From NCBI GenBank assembly GCA_903813345.2, contig CAIIXF020000001.1, positions 14,198,001 to 14,262,000 of the forward strand: DNA of 64,000 nucleotides, given 5' to 3'. How positions within the stretch are numbered: position 1 is the stretch's first letter; every line of letters starts with the position of its first letter. Origin of the DNA: Owenia fusiformis (taxonomy: Eukaryota). This document shows positions 11,701-24,503 of the stretch, in pieces. The notes under the pieces are model-generated. The model was not told the DNA's origin. It ran no database searches and saw nothing but the letters and a program-made list of their open reading frames with translations. Position numbers and translations under genes: made by a program.

Positions 11701-14700
11701 AGTCAATACTGAAGGTTTATCTTTCACTAGAGACCAAGATTTGACCTTATTCTTAGGTGTTGACATCTCTGCTATCTCAGGGAAAGATTTTTTAACGACT
11801 TCAGTGGCTGCCAAAAATTCTAATTTGGCTCTTGCCACCTCATTTGATGGCTTAGTATCAGGATCTTCCTGTTCACCATCATTCTCCAACTCTATAGTAA
11901 CTGAATCATCATCTCTATTAAGAGAAATGGTTCTTGTAAGAGTAGGAGGTGATTTAAATTGTTGATCATCATTTATTTGAATGTGATCATCCTGTTCTTG
12001 TATGTGATCATCATTTACTTGAGTGTGATCATCATTCACAGACCATGGCCTTGACTGTGTTCTCTTGGAAATATTTTGAGGTATGTATGCAGATGATCCT
12101 GCATACATCGCTCTCAGAACTTGCTGGTCTTGCAAGAAATTCTGAAACATTTCCTGTCTTTGATCAATTCTCGGATTGATAAATTGATCTCTCTCCCATT
12201 GATACTTATCGTACCTGGGTGAATCTTTATCATTTCTGTAACGTCTCCTTTTAGGACTTATAGAAGGAGATTGTTTACGATAGTACCTCTTCTTTGGACT
12301 TAAAGAAGGAGATCTATGAGACCTATAAGCAGATCTATGATGTGAAGATTTGTGTCTTTTCCTCGGACTTGAGGACAAAGACTTTGATCTAGACCTGGAC
12401 TTTGATCTATGTTTGTACTTGTATCTAGACCTGGACTTAGATCTAGACCTTTTACGATTGTGAAGTCTATCTTTAGATCTGTATCTCACCCTCGGACTTG
12501 AGGAATGAGAACGTGATCTCCTTGGTCTAGACCTGGATCTAGACCTGGATCTCGATCTGTATCTACCCCTCGGACTTGAGGAAATAGATTTAGTTCTGTG
12601 ACGTCGCCGTTTAGGAGAAGCCGAATCTCTGTGACGATGTTTTTTACGTCTTTTAAACGAAGTGTCAGAGTCTGACCCACTTGAAGTTGAATTACTTCGA
12701 CTTTCTCTACGGCCACGCCGAACTTTTTCTAGAACTTTAGACTTCACAACCGGTGATTTACCTTTGTCCGAGCGCGCTGGGCTAACTCGCTGATCACCCT
12801 GGGTATTAACCCCTTCTGTTGTATCGAACTGCGTTGTATTCGTCGACATAGTAGACTTGTAACGCTCGTTTTTGGACCAATTTATCGCACTTTTGAAAAT
12901 TTTGTGTGACTTTCAAAATGGTAGAAAAATGAATGGTGCGCATGCGCAACTATGACGTAAAGTGGGCGGGGCTTCCGGGAAACCGAAAGTGAAAGTGAAA
13001 GTAGAAAATAATTGTTCCAATAAAAGGTGACTATGGTAGCTTTTAGCATATTGTAATGACATAATTGGTAAGTGATATTAATTTACGTAGTAAAATGCTT
13101 TTTTTCATTTGGAGGATATTTCATATGCCAAGCTGTGTTATACTTTATGGGGAAATTTAGATGACAATTTTTCCTTATTATACACAAATAGAAGATCCCG
13201 AAACTTCACCCAAAAATGTGAAATTGATTTGTCAAAATAAAAATCTCCCTTTAATAGATGTATAATATACTAATGCTATATAACAGTTAGAGGTGTTGAC
13301 TCAATGACCTCGAGCCCGTGAACCCTTGAGTATTGTTCTGGGATCGGGCCTTTTATACTAAACAGTGTGCAACACCAGAAACGAGCATTCGATTTGCTAA
13401 ACGATATGTGCCACCCTTTAAGGCCATATAGATAAATACCTTCTCTTAAGGTCTTCACACACACAGTCAAGTTAAGAACAATGTCAATACAAGACAACAA
13501 CCTTCCTTGACTTGATTTTACACCTTCAATATTATTTCTAAATATATTATAAGTCATGATTCTTAGATTTTTCTTACTTTGCTCAGTTTCATTTAGAGGT
13601 GCCATACCGCCACTGGAATATTTGTACTTGTTGGCTATGCGTCCAAATGGTCCTTCCCAGACATACACATTGTTCAGTGGATAATGCCAGTCTTTCAGAA
13701 CCACAACTTGGTCACAGTTTGTTTCAGCCATTCCTAATATACAGATATAATATTGTAAAGCCTTGCTGAAAAAAGACCTTTTTGACTTTGAGAAGGTCAT
13801 TGAAGGTCAAATCTCAAATCTAAAGTCAAAGAACTTCTGAGAACTTGTACATGATTTTGAAAAAATTGAAGTCAGTCTAAACAGTATTTGTTAAGTTATT
13901 AGACATTTTTAGAATTTGTTACAGACACCAACCACCAACCGCCACCCGCCGCCTGCCAACCACCAACCCCCATTACAAAAAAAACAGAAACCATAACAAT
14001 ATGTCACCACTTTTGTTGGTGACATAACAATTCAAATTCATATCATCCATGGATATAGTTCCCATACACAAATCTCAAATGAATACTAGTTCTAAGGTGA
14101 ACCATATGGTTCGATCTCAACTTGATACGTTTATATAAACCTAGGTCGATCTTTTATCCTCAATCATTTTAATTTAGTTTCTATTAGTACATACCTTATG
14201 GCAATCCTTTATCACCAAGCATTATAAGATTTTTCATTAAAAAGAATTTTTGTAATCATTACAAATCATAAAACAATCAAAACAGGTTCAAGAATGAAAC
14301 CTATATAAACAATAAAGAAATAATGTGAATGTACCATGGTCTGCTACCACTATGATATTGACACAGTTATGGAGATCTCTGTGTAGTAAACCATTCATCA
14401 GTTTGCCAATATATCCATCCACCTCTTCCAAGATATCACGCATCTGAAAATAAAACAATATACATTATGCAAATATTTTGTTGCTTTGAGGGGAAGACCT
14501 GGAGGACAAGGGGAATATTATTTATGAAAGTGACACAGGAATTCACCAAAATAGAGCAAAATATTTTATTATTTATACTTTTATGTTTGACTCATTCTGT
14601 AACAAGGGAGGCTCATTTATTTACCAATGAACTATAAGCACCACAGGGAAATATCACAGGATATTTATGTTGTGTGATATCTGTTCAACAAATCACAGGA

Positions 14701-17700
14701 TGAGAAATATGGCAATGAGATAATTATAGTGCATAACCCAAAATGAAGGTTTTGAAGAAGTTTGACTCAAATGCAAATACCTTACTTGATATGAATCCTG
14801 GGATATGAATACTCAATTTCTTAAATAGTTTGAGGTTATTTAATATTCTCAACATCTGTTTGTCAGTCATTCCACATATAAGCAGACATTCGTGTCGCCA
14901 AGGGTTTTTTCTCAAGCGTTAATAGATATATATAGAAACTTTTTAAGAACATCTACTTAGGACCAATACCCACTTGTACAACCACCATACAGCAAATTTT
15001 AATTGTTTGGTAGTAAGTGAGAATTTTTTCTAACTTAATTTGATGACAAATTCCTCAGGTACGTTATGTCGCCAGAGTGCCTAGTGATGTTTTATAAGCA
15101 TAACTGAAGTAGTTATAGATTTCAGAACACATCCAAACTTCCTGAAAAGATACCTGTGGGTATATACTTTATTTTCCCAACTTTTCGAGTAATTTAATCC
15201 TTTCCAACCTAATAATCAGATGCCCGGAACCCATGTCGCCAGTTTTTTTCTAAAATACCACTTTAGATATTTCAATTTCTAGAGAATGCACGAATTACTT
15301 AAATGTTTAACCCAGAGTGATATTTTATCAGAAAATGATTTATCAAAATGCATGCAAAGTTTAAAAACTGTATTCTATCCAGAACAAAAGTTATAGGTCA
15401 TAAAGGTGTCATTTTTCAATTCAAAAGATAAGGATTTTAAGGTACGTTACAACATTTCCCAACATTTTGTAATATCTTGATGGAATTAGCGAATAAATTC
15501 TTGAATATGAAAAGGCGGACATTCAATACAATGTGCTCATTACCTTTGTTCGCTCTGTTATATTGCTTTATTGGAACATGTAATGAGTTTTCCTCATGTA
15601 CGTTGCAATAAGGTACGTTACGGAAAGTGCGAAATAAGTTGATAACTCAGCAATAAATGCTACTTACTCAAGTGGAGGAGGTCATCACGTGATCTCATGA
15701 TACGCCATACTTTATTTGCAGTCTAAGGAGTAGGGATTTCTTCCTAATAATCCCTAAATAATACAGCAATCGCGTAAGTACAACACCTGTATCTTTTGCC
15801 TAAGCAAAGCTGGTTAATCAAAGATCTAGGATATCCCGATTCGGTTGAAAGATATTCTAAATAAACAACTTAATTGGTCATTGTTAAAACATGATGTCAA
15901 TTTTTTTCCCAAATCACATACGACTTGAGTTTTATATCAATTAAGGTACGTTGCTTTTGATAACGTCACTTAATACTTGTTTTATTTCTGTCTTAACAGT
16001 GGTAACTTACCCGGGAATTCACAATTTGTTGCAGAATATGGCCAAGACTAAAGCAGAAATTCAAAAGAATTATACAGGGCGTATCAAAAAAACGCAACGA
16101 GTTGTTATCTCGTAAAATCACAAAACTAGTAATGACTACATCAATTTCATTTAATGTACCATAAAGCCATGTCTCGCCTGTTTGCAATGATATGTCATTC
16201 ATTCACATGTGGTAATGGTTGGGTGAGAAATCGGCTCTGCGCCAAGTTTTAGATATTGAAAAAATCAGTACAAGGGCTAAGTGCCAATGGAAGTTCCCCT
16301 GACTTTAATTGTTGTGACTTTTTCTTTTGGAGCTATCTCAGGAGCATCTGTCCTCACAATTCCTCCACCAGATATTGCAAAACCTCGAGAAAGATTTGCC
16401 CATGGGCTGCTTTTCTTTGCTTTAACCCACACATGATTTAGGGCTGAACCATGCATGACGTGGACAGATGAGCGCATCTTTATGTGCAAGGAAGTGGTGG
16501 CAATTTGAAGGGGTATAGGATGTATTCTTGCAAGAGTATGAGTATGAACACTTTACTGTCTATGCCATACCTGTCACACCTTCTTCCAATAGCCCCTATG
16601 CCCCTTGTACTGACTTTTGCAATGTTTTAAACTTGGGTCCGAGCTGAATTTTGCCCCACTTTGCAAAATTAATGATTATTCGGACAGAGATGACTCCCTG
16701 TGAATGAATGATATTTCATTGCAAAGAGGAGTAATTTGGCTTTTTGGTACATGGAATTAAAAGGATGCAGTCAGCATTGGTTTTACGTTTTCGTCCAATA
16801 TTGCATCGGGCTCCGTAGTCCGTACACTGACTTTTGCAATGTTTATAACTTGGCCCGAAGCTAATTTTGGCCCACTTTTCAAATGGAATGATTACTCACC
16901 CGACCATGACCAAATATCAATGAATGATATATCATTGTAAAGAGGAGACACATGGCTTTGGTGCATTGAATGAAATCAATGCTGTTATCACTGGTTTTGT
17001 GTTTTTCCAAGATAACAATCTGCGTTTTTTTGATACGCACTGTAGAGAAAGAAAAGAATTGAGGGACAAAAATACCTTGAAAAGGAACGTATCAGAAGAA
17101 GACGATACTATGTGCCCCCTGCTGAGCTAAATGGAAAACAATTGAAATAAGATGATGAAAATCGCCGCCAGTGACATGCAATTGATCTTGCAAAAGTGGA
17201 GCACATCTAGTGAAAACGTTGGCTAAAGCCGTATTCCGGCGAAGTAAACATTTGACATTTGTAAAGGAAGATTTAAGCGACGTTCCCTTTCATTTGCCTC
17301 TGCTATTATATATGAAGCATTTTATGTTTTGTTGTTTAAGAAGTTGTTTTTGTTTGTAGTTGGTCATATCACGAGTTTATATTCTTCTAAACAAATAAAT
17401 AAATGATATTGATCGAGTTAAAATGTTTTCATAATGATATTAAGATACGTTATTATTTTCAAAGTAATTTTTTTATCTCTATTAATAGATATAAAATGGT
17501 TTATGGTGACAATACAATGGACAGGAGCTTGTGTTTTAAGACTTTGATCGAGAAAGATTCGGTGGATTAACAATTGCGTCAATTTTTACTTTAAGCGACG
17601 TTGTTTTGCACTGACAAGTTTAACTTATTTCTGATTATTACTAGATGTCTTTGCCACATACAAATATATGATGATTTGAAAGCGAAATCTCATAGTTTCA

Positions 17701-20700
17701 TTGTATGCCCAAAATAACTTTTCACATGTTGTGTTAAACATCATGAGAATACAAGACAGTGTTGCGTTTTGTAAAATAATTTTTTTGAGAAGCGACTGTA
17801 TTTATGCATTACAACGTAAATTTATGTTATTTCTTGATTAAAATGATTAGTGATTTCCCAAATGCAATTTATAGTTTTGTTTCTTAGTGATCTATAGAAA
17901 AGAGATTACCTGAGGAAGACATCGCATACCAAGTTAGCTAAAATCTCCATAGAATAAAAGAGGTATCGAGAACGAATCTTAAACTATACGCTTTTTATAA
18001 TTTTACACCTCTTATTTTCAAAATAGTGTAACTTTTGATATATAAAAGTTAAAATGCCAAAACTTTGGGATTCTATAGAGGATACATAAAACAAAATCAA
18101 AATCTTAAAATGAATGCAATGAAACGAAGTTCATTTTTCAAAAGTTTGGAACCTTAAATGTCTCCTTATATGTGGAATGACCGTGTATGGAAGTTTTCTT
18201 TTCCATGAATGCTTTGTTAATATTAGTTCTGCACTCCAATGGTAGCTAAGTAATTGGCTTATGACACATTTCTATTGTTTTATTATGTCTCAATCTCACC
18301 ATAATTACGCTTTAAACACTTAAGGAACAAGAATTGGCAGCTTGCACCATATTTTCAGATGTAGATGAAGCACAAGTCCGATCTTTAATTAAATGAAATA
18401 TTTTCAGTAATGCAAGAGAAACTATTCTAACTTAAACGGAAACTGACATTTCAGACAATGGAAGCATCAGAATTCAATGAACAGCACATATGTTATGGGA
18501 TTATAATGAACATTATAATTGTGTTGGGAACAATCGGGAACATTCTTGCGATAATAGTCTGGTTACAGCCTGGCCTGAGAAACACCACTACCGCCACCTA
18601 TCTTACAGCCTTATCTATTGCCGATTTGTGCGTTCTTTGGACTGCGATTTTCCGTTATGAAACATTTTCAATATTTTGGACCAGATGGGACTATTTCATG
18701 TATGAGGTCACCAACAAGCCATACATTGATGTTTATCTTGAACCATTTCATTGGATTGCACTAGGCACCACAAGCATGTTGACTGTTGCACTGACAGTTG
18801 AGCGCTTTTTAGCAGTGAAATTTCCCATGAAGATCAAACCATTTTGTAACAAATCAGTAACATTTTTTATTATAATACTAATATTGATCACAGCTTTGGC
18901 TTTAACAATACCCAACTTTTTTGACTATAAGATTATATCACTAAAACCACCATTTTTGAATCAGACAATCAATATAATAGATGCAACTGATTTTAAGGAA
19001 ACTTCGCACTACACATGCTTTTTCCATAGTTACATCATTCCAATATTTTGGTACCTGATACCCTGGGTGTGTTTAGCAGTCTGTAACGCATTACTGATTC
19101 ACCATGTTAGGATGTCAGCGAGGCGTATCAATGCAGTAGCAGTGCATGACTTTGTCAACATGAATCCGCATCGTCATCTCACTAGGCTACTTATCGCCAT
19201 CACTATCACTTACATGGTGTGCAACCTCCCACTCTGCGTCATCGTTATCATCCATGTGAAGAAGGAAACAGAGAATGATGTATGTGAGCCTGGATCTGAG
19301 AGCCCCTGGGGGCCTGATGACCCTTACCAGGTTGCTAGGGTGTTTGGAAACACCCTTAATATCCTCAACAGTGGGATCAATTTCATTCTCTATTGTACAA
19401 TTGGAGCGAAATTTCGAAGAGAATTTTTGAGGACTTTTTGTAAATGTTGCAAAAGAAAGGCACATGTTCCAGCTACAAATGTCATACATATCACATCTGA
19501 AGACTGATTACATAATGTAAATGACTGTTACATAACAATTAATATTAAATGATTATGGAAGGAGACTTCTAGGAGACTTATGAAACATAATTTGCACTAA
19601 TAAGTTATATTCAGTAATAGATTCAGACCATAACACAAAAGCTAAAAGGTTCAATAAAGGAAAATAACAATATGGAAATATTAGCTGAAGAGAGAAATAT
19701 GACAACAGAGCAACCCACATTGGCAGCATGTATTTACACACATATGACATTTATGAAAGTTTGTTACGCACTTTGGATAACAATGGCCATATTTGGACTA
19801 ATTGGCAACACTGTTTCAGTGATAGTGCTAAGTCGGAAAAGGTTGAGACTTTCAACAACTGCGACGTATCTACAAGCACTTTCGATAAGTGATATGTTCG
19901 TTGTGCTGACAGCTGTGTTCCGCTACAAAGCCTACTACATTCTACTCTCAGAGGAGAGTTACATGGAAGCACGCTTCTGGCTGAATGGCTATGTGGAAGT
20001 CTACATAGAACCATTTCATTTTATCTTTCTTGGGGCCTCCAGTTTGATCACTACTGCTTTGACAACTGAGAGGTACATGGCAATCTCGTGCCCACTCTCT
20101 ATCAAGAGACATTGTGATGTCATCTTCACCCGAGTCATCATTGGTGCAATATATGGCATCATCACCATTGTTACTCTCCCAACTTTCTTCACATATAATG
20201 TCATCTCAATGAACTTAGATGGACAACGTATCACACTGACTCAGGCGACACCTTTTGGCCTGAAAACAAACTATGAGTGTATCTTCCACAAGCTGTTGAT
20301 TCCTATCTTCTGGTATATCGTCCCCTGGCTTTGTATCGCTGTGATGAACACACTCTTACTGGTACACGTTAAAAAATCTGCCAAAGTCAGTTCAAGGATG
20401 CTGAACTTTCCACTGAGGTCGAATCGCAACCTCACTGTCATGTTAATCGGGATTGTTCTAGTATATATGGTGTGCAATCTACCAAAATGCGTCTCGGTCT
20501 TCATGGATTTGATTCAACGTGAACTGTTCAAGTCATGTGAGATAGAAGTCTGTGTCCTACCACAATCATCTCGTGATCTTGCCGACACGATTGCCAGCCT
20601 CTTGAACACATTCAATAGCTGCATCAATTTTGTTCTTTACTGCATACTGGGGGACAAGTTCTTCCAGGAGTGTAAGAGAATGTTCTGCGGTAAATGCATG

Positions 20701-23700
20701 AAGAGGTCTGTTCGTCGAGTTGGTTTCATTGAAACAAGTGTTAAAAGATCAAGGTCTAACTCAAAAGGACCAAGTGTTTTGCAGTTTCAACTTAAAGGGA
20801 GGGAAGAATCAAGTGGCACATGTATTATGTGACATACAATAGTGTATTACAAATAATGAAAATATGACAATGTTAGCTTCCTTCAATGTGTTCACTGTAT
20901 GGAAAGATCAGCATATTTCATATGAAATACGTCTAGCTTGAAAAGATATTCGAGACGAGAATTAATTGCATTTGAAAGCTGACATTTCACGCGGTTTGAT
21001 TTATAGCTGCCAGAAGTTGAAGAATAATCTGTAGATAAACTGTAATAAAGTAACCCCTTAACTATATTAGATACACTTATTAATTTACTGAGCACTTCAG
21101 ATTCCCAATAAATCTGAAGTTCAATCTTTATAATATTGTGACTCCTTAACATTTGCAGATTGTTCACCAGTTAATTAATTCTTAAGATAACATTACTTAC
21201 ACTAAAAATATAAGGTGGTTCAGTCCATCAACTTTTGAATATGTCTATGTTGAATTGAAAAAGCTTTGAAAATATTGTAATATAGATTTGTAGCTTTGAA
21301 TATACAATATATCAAATTCCTTCAATTAACCGAACACATTGATTCAAATTCATGGTTGTTGATTGGCATTTTATACAACCTCTGATTCTAGCTTAAAGAT
21401 TACATAACTTACAGCAGGTTTATTCTCAGGGCCCCATATATGCCCTGCTAAATCTGGTTCATTGAAGTACAGAGTGAGGAAATCAGGCCGCTCCCCTTCA
21501 GGTAAATCAAGCCAAGTCAAAATCTGATCAATACGGGCCTGGTAGGAAATCTTTCTGAAATAAAAAAAATATTTATCAACAAAAAATTTAGGTAAATGAG
21601 AAAGTTCACAGACTTGCAGGTATATACAATTTTAGAAGTTTCCATTCAATTTTTCTGTCTTATTTCATGTATCTTTTCAGTTTCTAGCCCAATTTTCAAA
21701 TTTTCAGTCTGACTTTTTACAGAATTCTCAAATTCCCTGACCATGACAGCCAATTTTGAAGAAATTCTGAAACCATCTTAGTTGTACCATGGACTCTCAA
21801 TTTCTAGTTGAAAGTCCATGGTTTTAGTGACTTTTCCCAGGCCATTTCAATCCTGTTAAAGATTCCGCTAATTCAAATAATGCTTGCATAATTATGGTCT
21901 TGTTATCGAAAGGGATTCACAAATATGGCCTTGAAGGTTTTAAAGAATAAGAGACAAAACACTATATCAACATTTTTGACTACAAATTATAATAATTTAG
22001 GCCTTCTGAATAAACATACATACCCATCATAAGGTTTGTAGTAGTTTGGATACATTCCTGAAATGCAAAATATTTCTCATTATTTAGTGCATCATTTTTT
22101 GACAAACATTTCAAGACCTCTTGCAAAATCTGAAAATATATTTTAATCATTTAAATATTATTTTTCATTTCTTTTGAATTTGTTTTAGACATTTAAAAGA
22201 ATTTAATTTTGAATTAAACTTGTTGGGAGTTCTATTTTTCCGATATTTGAATTTTCAGCCATACTAACTACAAGAGATTTGTAGATCTTATAGTGCCACC
22301 ATATTATTACACCCAATATTGCTATGCAATCCAATGATAAAATTGTTTAGTAATAATTTCCAGTGAACAGGGTAGAGATCAATTGAGTTAAAATGTCAAC
22401 CTATTTTTTTATTTGCTCTTGAATTTATCTGGACCAATAACTTTAATTATTTTGGACCAAAAAGTCATTAAAATCACTTTTTGAAGTTTTTTGTTAACAT
22501 TTAGTAAGACCCAAATGTACATTAGCTAAAGGGGATCAAAAATGTTAGAATCATTTACTATTTATTAGTTAATATATTCTAATATATTGATCACTGAGAA
22601 TGTTATGCCAAAGGGTATTAAAATACAACTGTTGATTAACTATCCAAAGACCAATAAGTAAATAAGTCTAATTCATTAACAATGAATTAAACCTTGTTGT
22701 TTTCATGTTTCGAAAATGTTATGAGATGTTAGATATTAGGAATATTGAGTCTTCAATGATTAAGTTTATTTACTAAAAAGAGAGCTTAGCTTTGTGGTAT
22801 CCACAGGCTCAACTATCTCTTGAAGACAGCAGGTAGATAAAGAGCCAAGAGGTACTAGTATTCTGCCCAATGATACACAATATGTCATGCCCAATGATAT
22901 ACACAACCACTTTGTCCTGAACTTTCCAAAGAAACCCATAGCATTAAACAAGGTGCTTAGATGACAAAATGTCATCATCTGTTGTAAGGATTTGTCACAG
23001 ACACCGACTGTGACCGCCAAACACCATCCAACAAAAAGTTGCAGACTATAGCAATATGTCACCAGTTCTGGTAGTGACATAATAAAAGGGGGTCTGCTAG
23101 ACCAGTTCCAGTAAATAAGAATGGATTTACCTTTTATCTTTACATCTGAGCCTGGCCAGAAGAATGTAGCTGCAGTTTTGTTTTGCTTTTGAAGGGTGTT
23201 CCAGATCTAAGAAAATAAGCGCTGACAGTAATTCAAAACGTCTGATACAATGATGATTACATTTCAACTTAAAGGATGAGTGTCTATAAACACACATTAG
23301 AAATCATGAGAAAATATAAAATTCATTTTATGACGTTGAATTCTAAATAAGTGCTAAGCCTACTTGTTCAAGTTCAAGTTAAATCTCAAATTGTTTGAAA
23401 CGGATTTCTTAGCCTATTCAAGACCAACGGAAAATGTATTAAAAAATTTTTTTTTTGGATAAAGAATCATTACTTTAGATCAGTGAGAGATAAAGTAATG
23501 AAAGCCCATGATAAAGCTTATCATATCATTGAAAAGAGGATTCCAAATTTTCTAGATTCAATGACTAATTTATCATGACCATAAATGTGTAAATCAATGA
23601 CTGCATAAATTTCCATGATCATAAAATAGGTATATCAACATTTAAAGTTTCATGATGGTTTATTGTGAACTTTAACACTCAAACAAGGATAAAATTGAAA

Positions 23701-24503
23701 ACTGGTAGATATAGAATTTTCTCTTACTGGTTCTCCCTTCCACCATTCTGGATTTCTTGCCTCTGAGCTGCTTATGCTAAACCTTTTGTTCATTTTCATA
23801 TCATACATGTTATTGTCAATGATCCCATGAGATTCTGGATACAAGCCCTAAATAGAACAAGATATAGAGCAGTAGAGCAAAATGTCACAACTCACCATTT
23901 GTTACAGACACTGAACGCCAAACACCTACCACAATCCACAAAAAAGTTGGAGAATATAAAAATATGTGGCCACTTGTGGTGATGACATAATAAGCTGAAT
24001 AATATTAGCAGATCCGCCCTACATTTACCCACTTTGAATAGTCATAAACATAGACCATTTTCCATGTGACATCTATAATTTTCTATGACATGTAATCTTT
24101 TAATGCCATTAACAATATACAAACCCCAGAAACAATGATCATGTGCATATAGTGAAACCTGTAAAAATGAACACCTCTAGAAGTGGAACACTTTCCAGAG
24201 TCCCAAGATCAACTGACTTAATGATAAATAAACTTCTAAAGTGGAACACCCCCAAGTGGAACACTTTTGAGGAGTACCAAATGTGTACCACTTAGACAGA
24301 TTTTACTGTGCATCAATTAATCATAACTTACTGTTACTATAGAATAATGATTTGGAAATGTCTTGGTTGGGTAGACAGCCCGCATATATGGGGCATGGGT
24401 CCCGCAGCTTGCTAGCTTGCCCAAGGTAGGTGTGAAGTTTCTCAACAGATAGTCAGCCCTAAACCCATCAAGACAGACCAAGATAACAGGAGGGAGGGAG
24501 AAA
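5707..24503 (-). CDS. ENPP: ENPP module B: second phosphodiesterase domain and start of the linker
   Basis: [84 protein letters not shown]; ends at a GT donor at 5706. Confidence 0.9.

Larger units (their letters stand above)
7221..13095 (-). mobile_element. Apparently intact DIRS1-type tyrosine-recombinase retrotransposon in an ENPP intron
   Basis: Inverted terminal repeats 7221-7412 and 12924-13095 with non-matching outer ends; internal complementary region 7471-7585; three uninterrupted overlapping ORFs (gag, RT-RNase H-MTase, YR). Confidence 0.93.

Noticed and set aside
8309-11965. Plus-strand ORFs within the DIRS element
   Set aside because: Antisense shadows of the real minus-strand ORFs.
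10849-12849. Host SR splicing factor gene
   Set aside because: No RRM; it lies between the DIRS ITRs in the gag position.
13276-13800. 174-aa ORF as an independent gene
   Set aside because: Only 13578-13733 is an ENPP exon; the rest is intron read-through.
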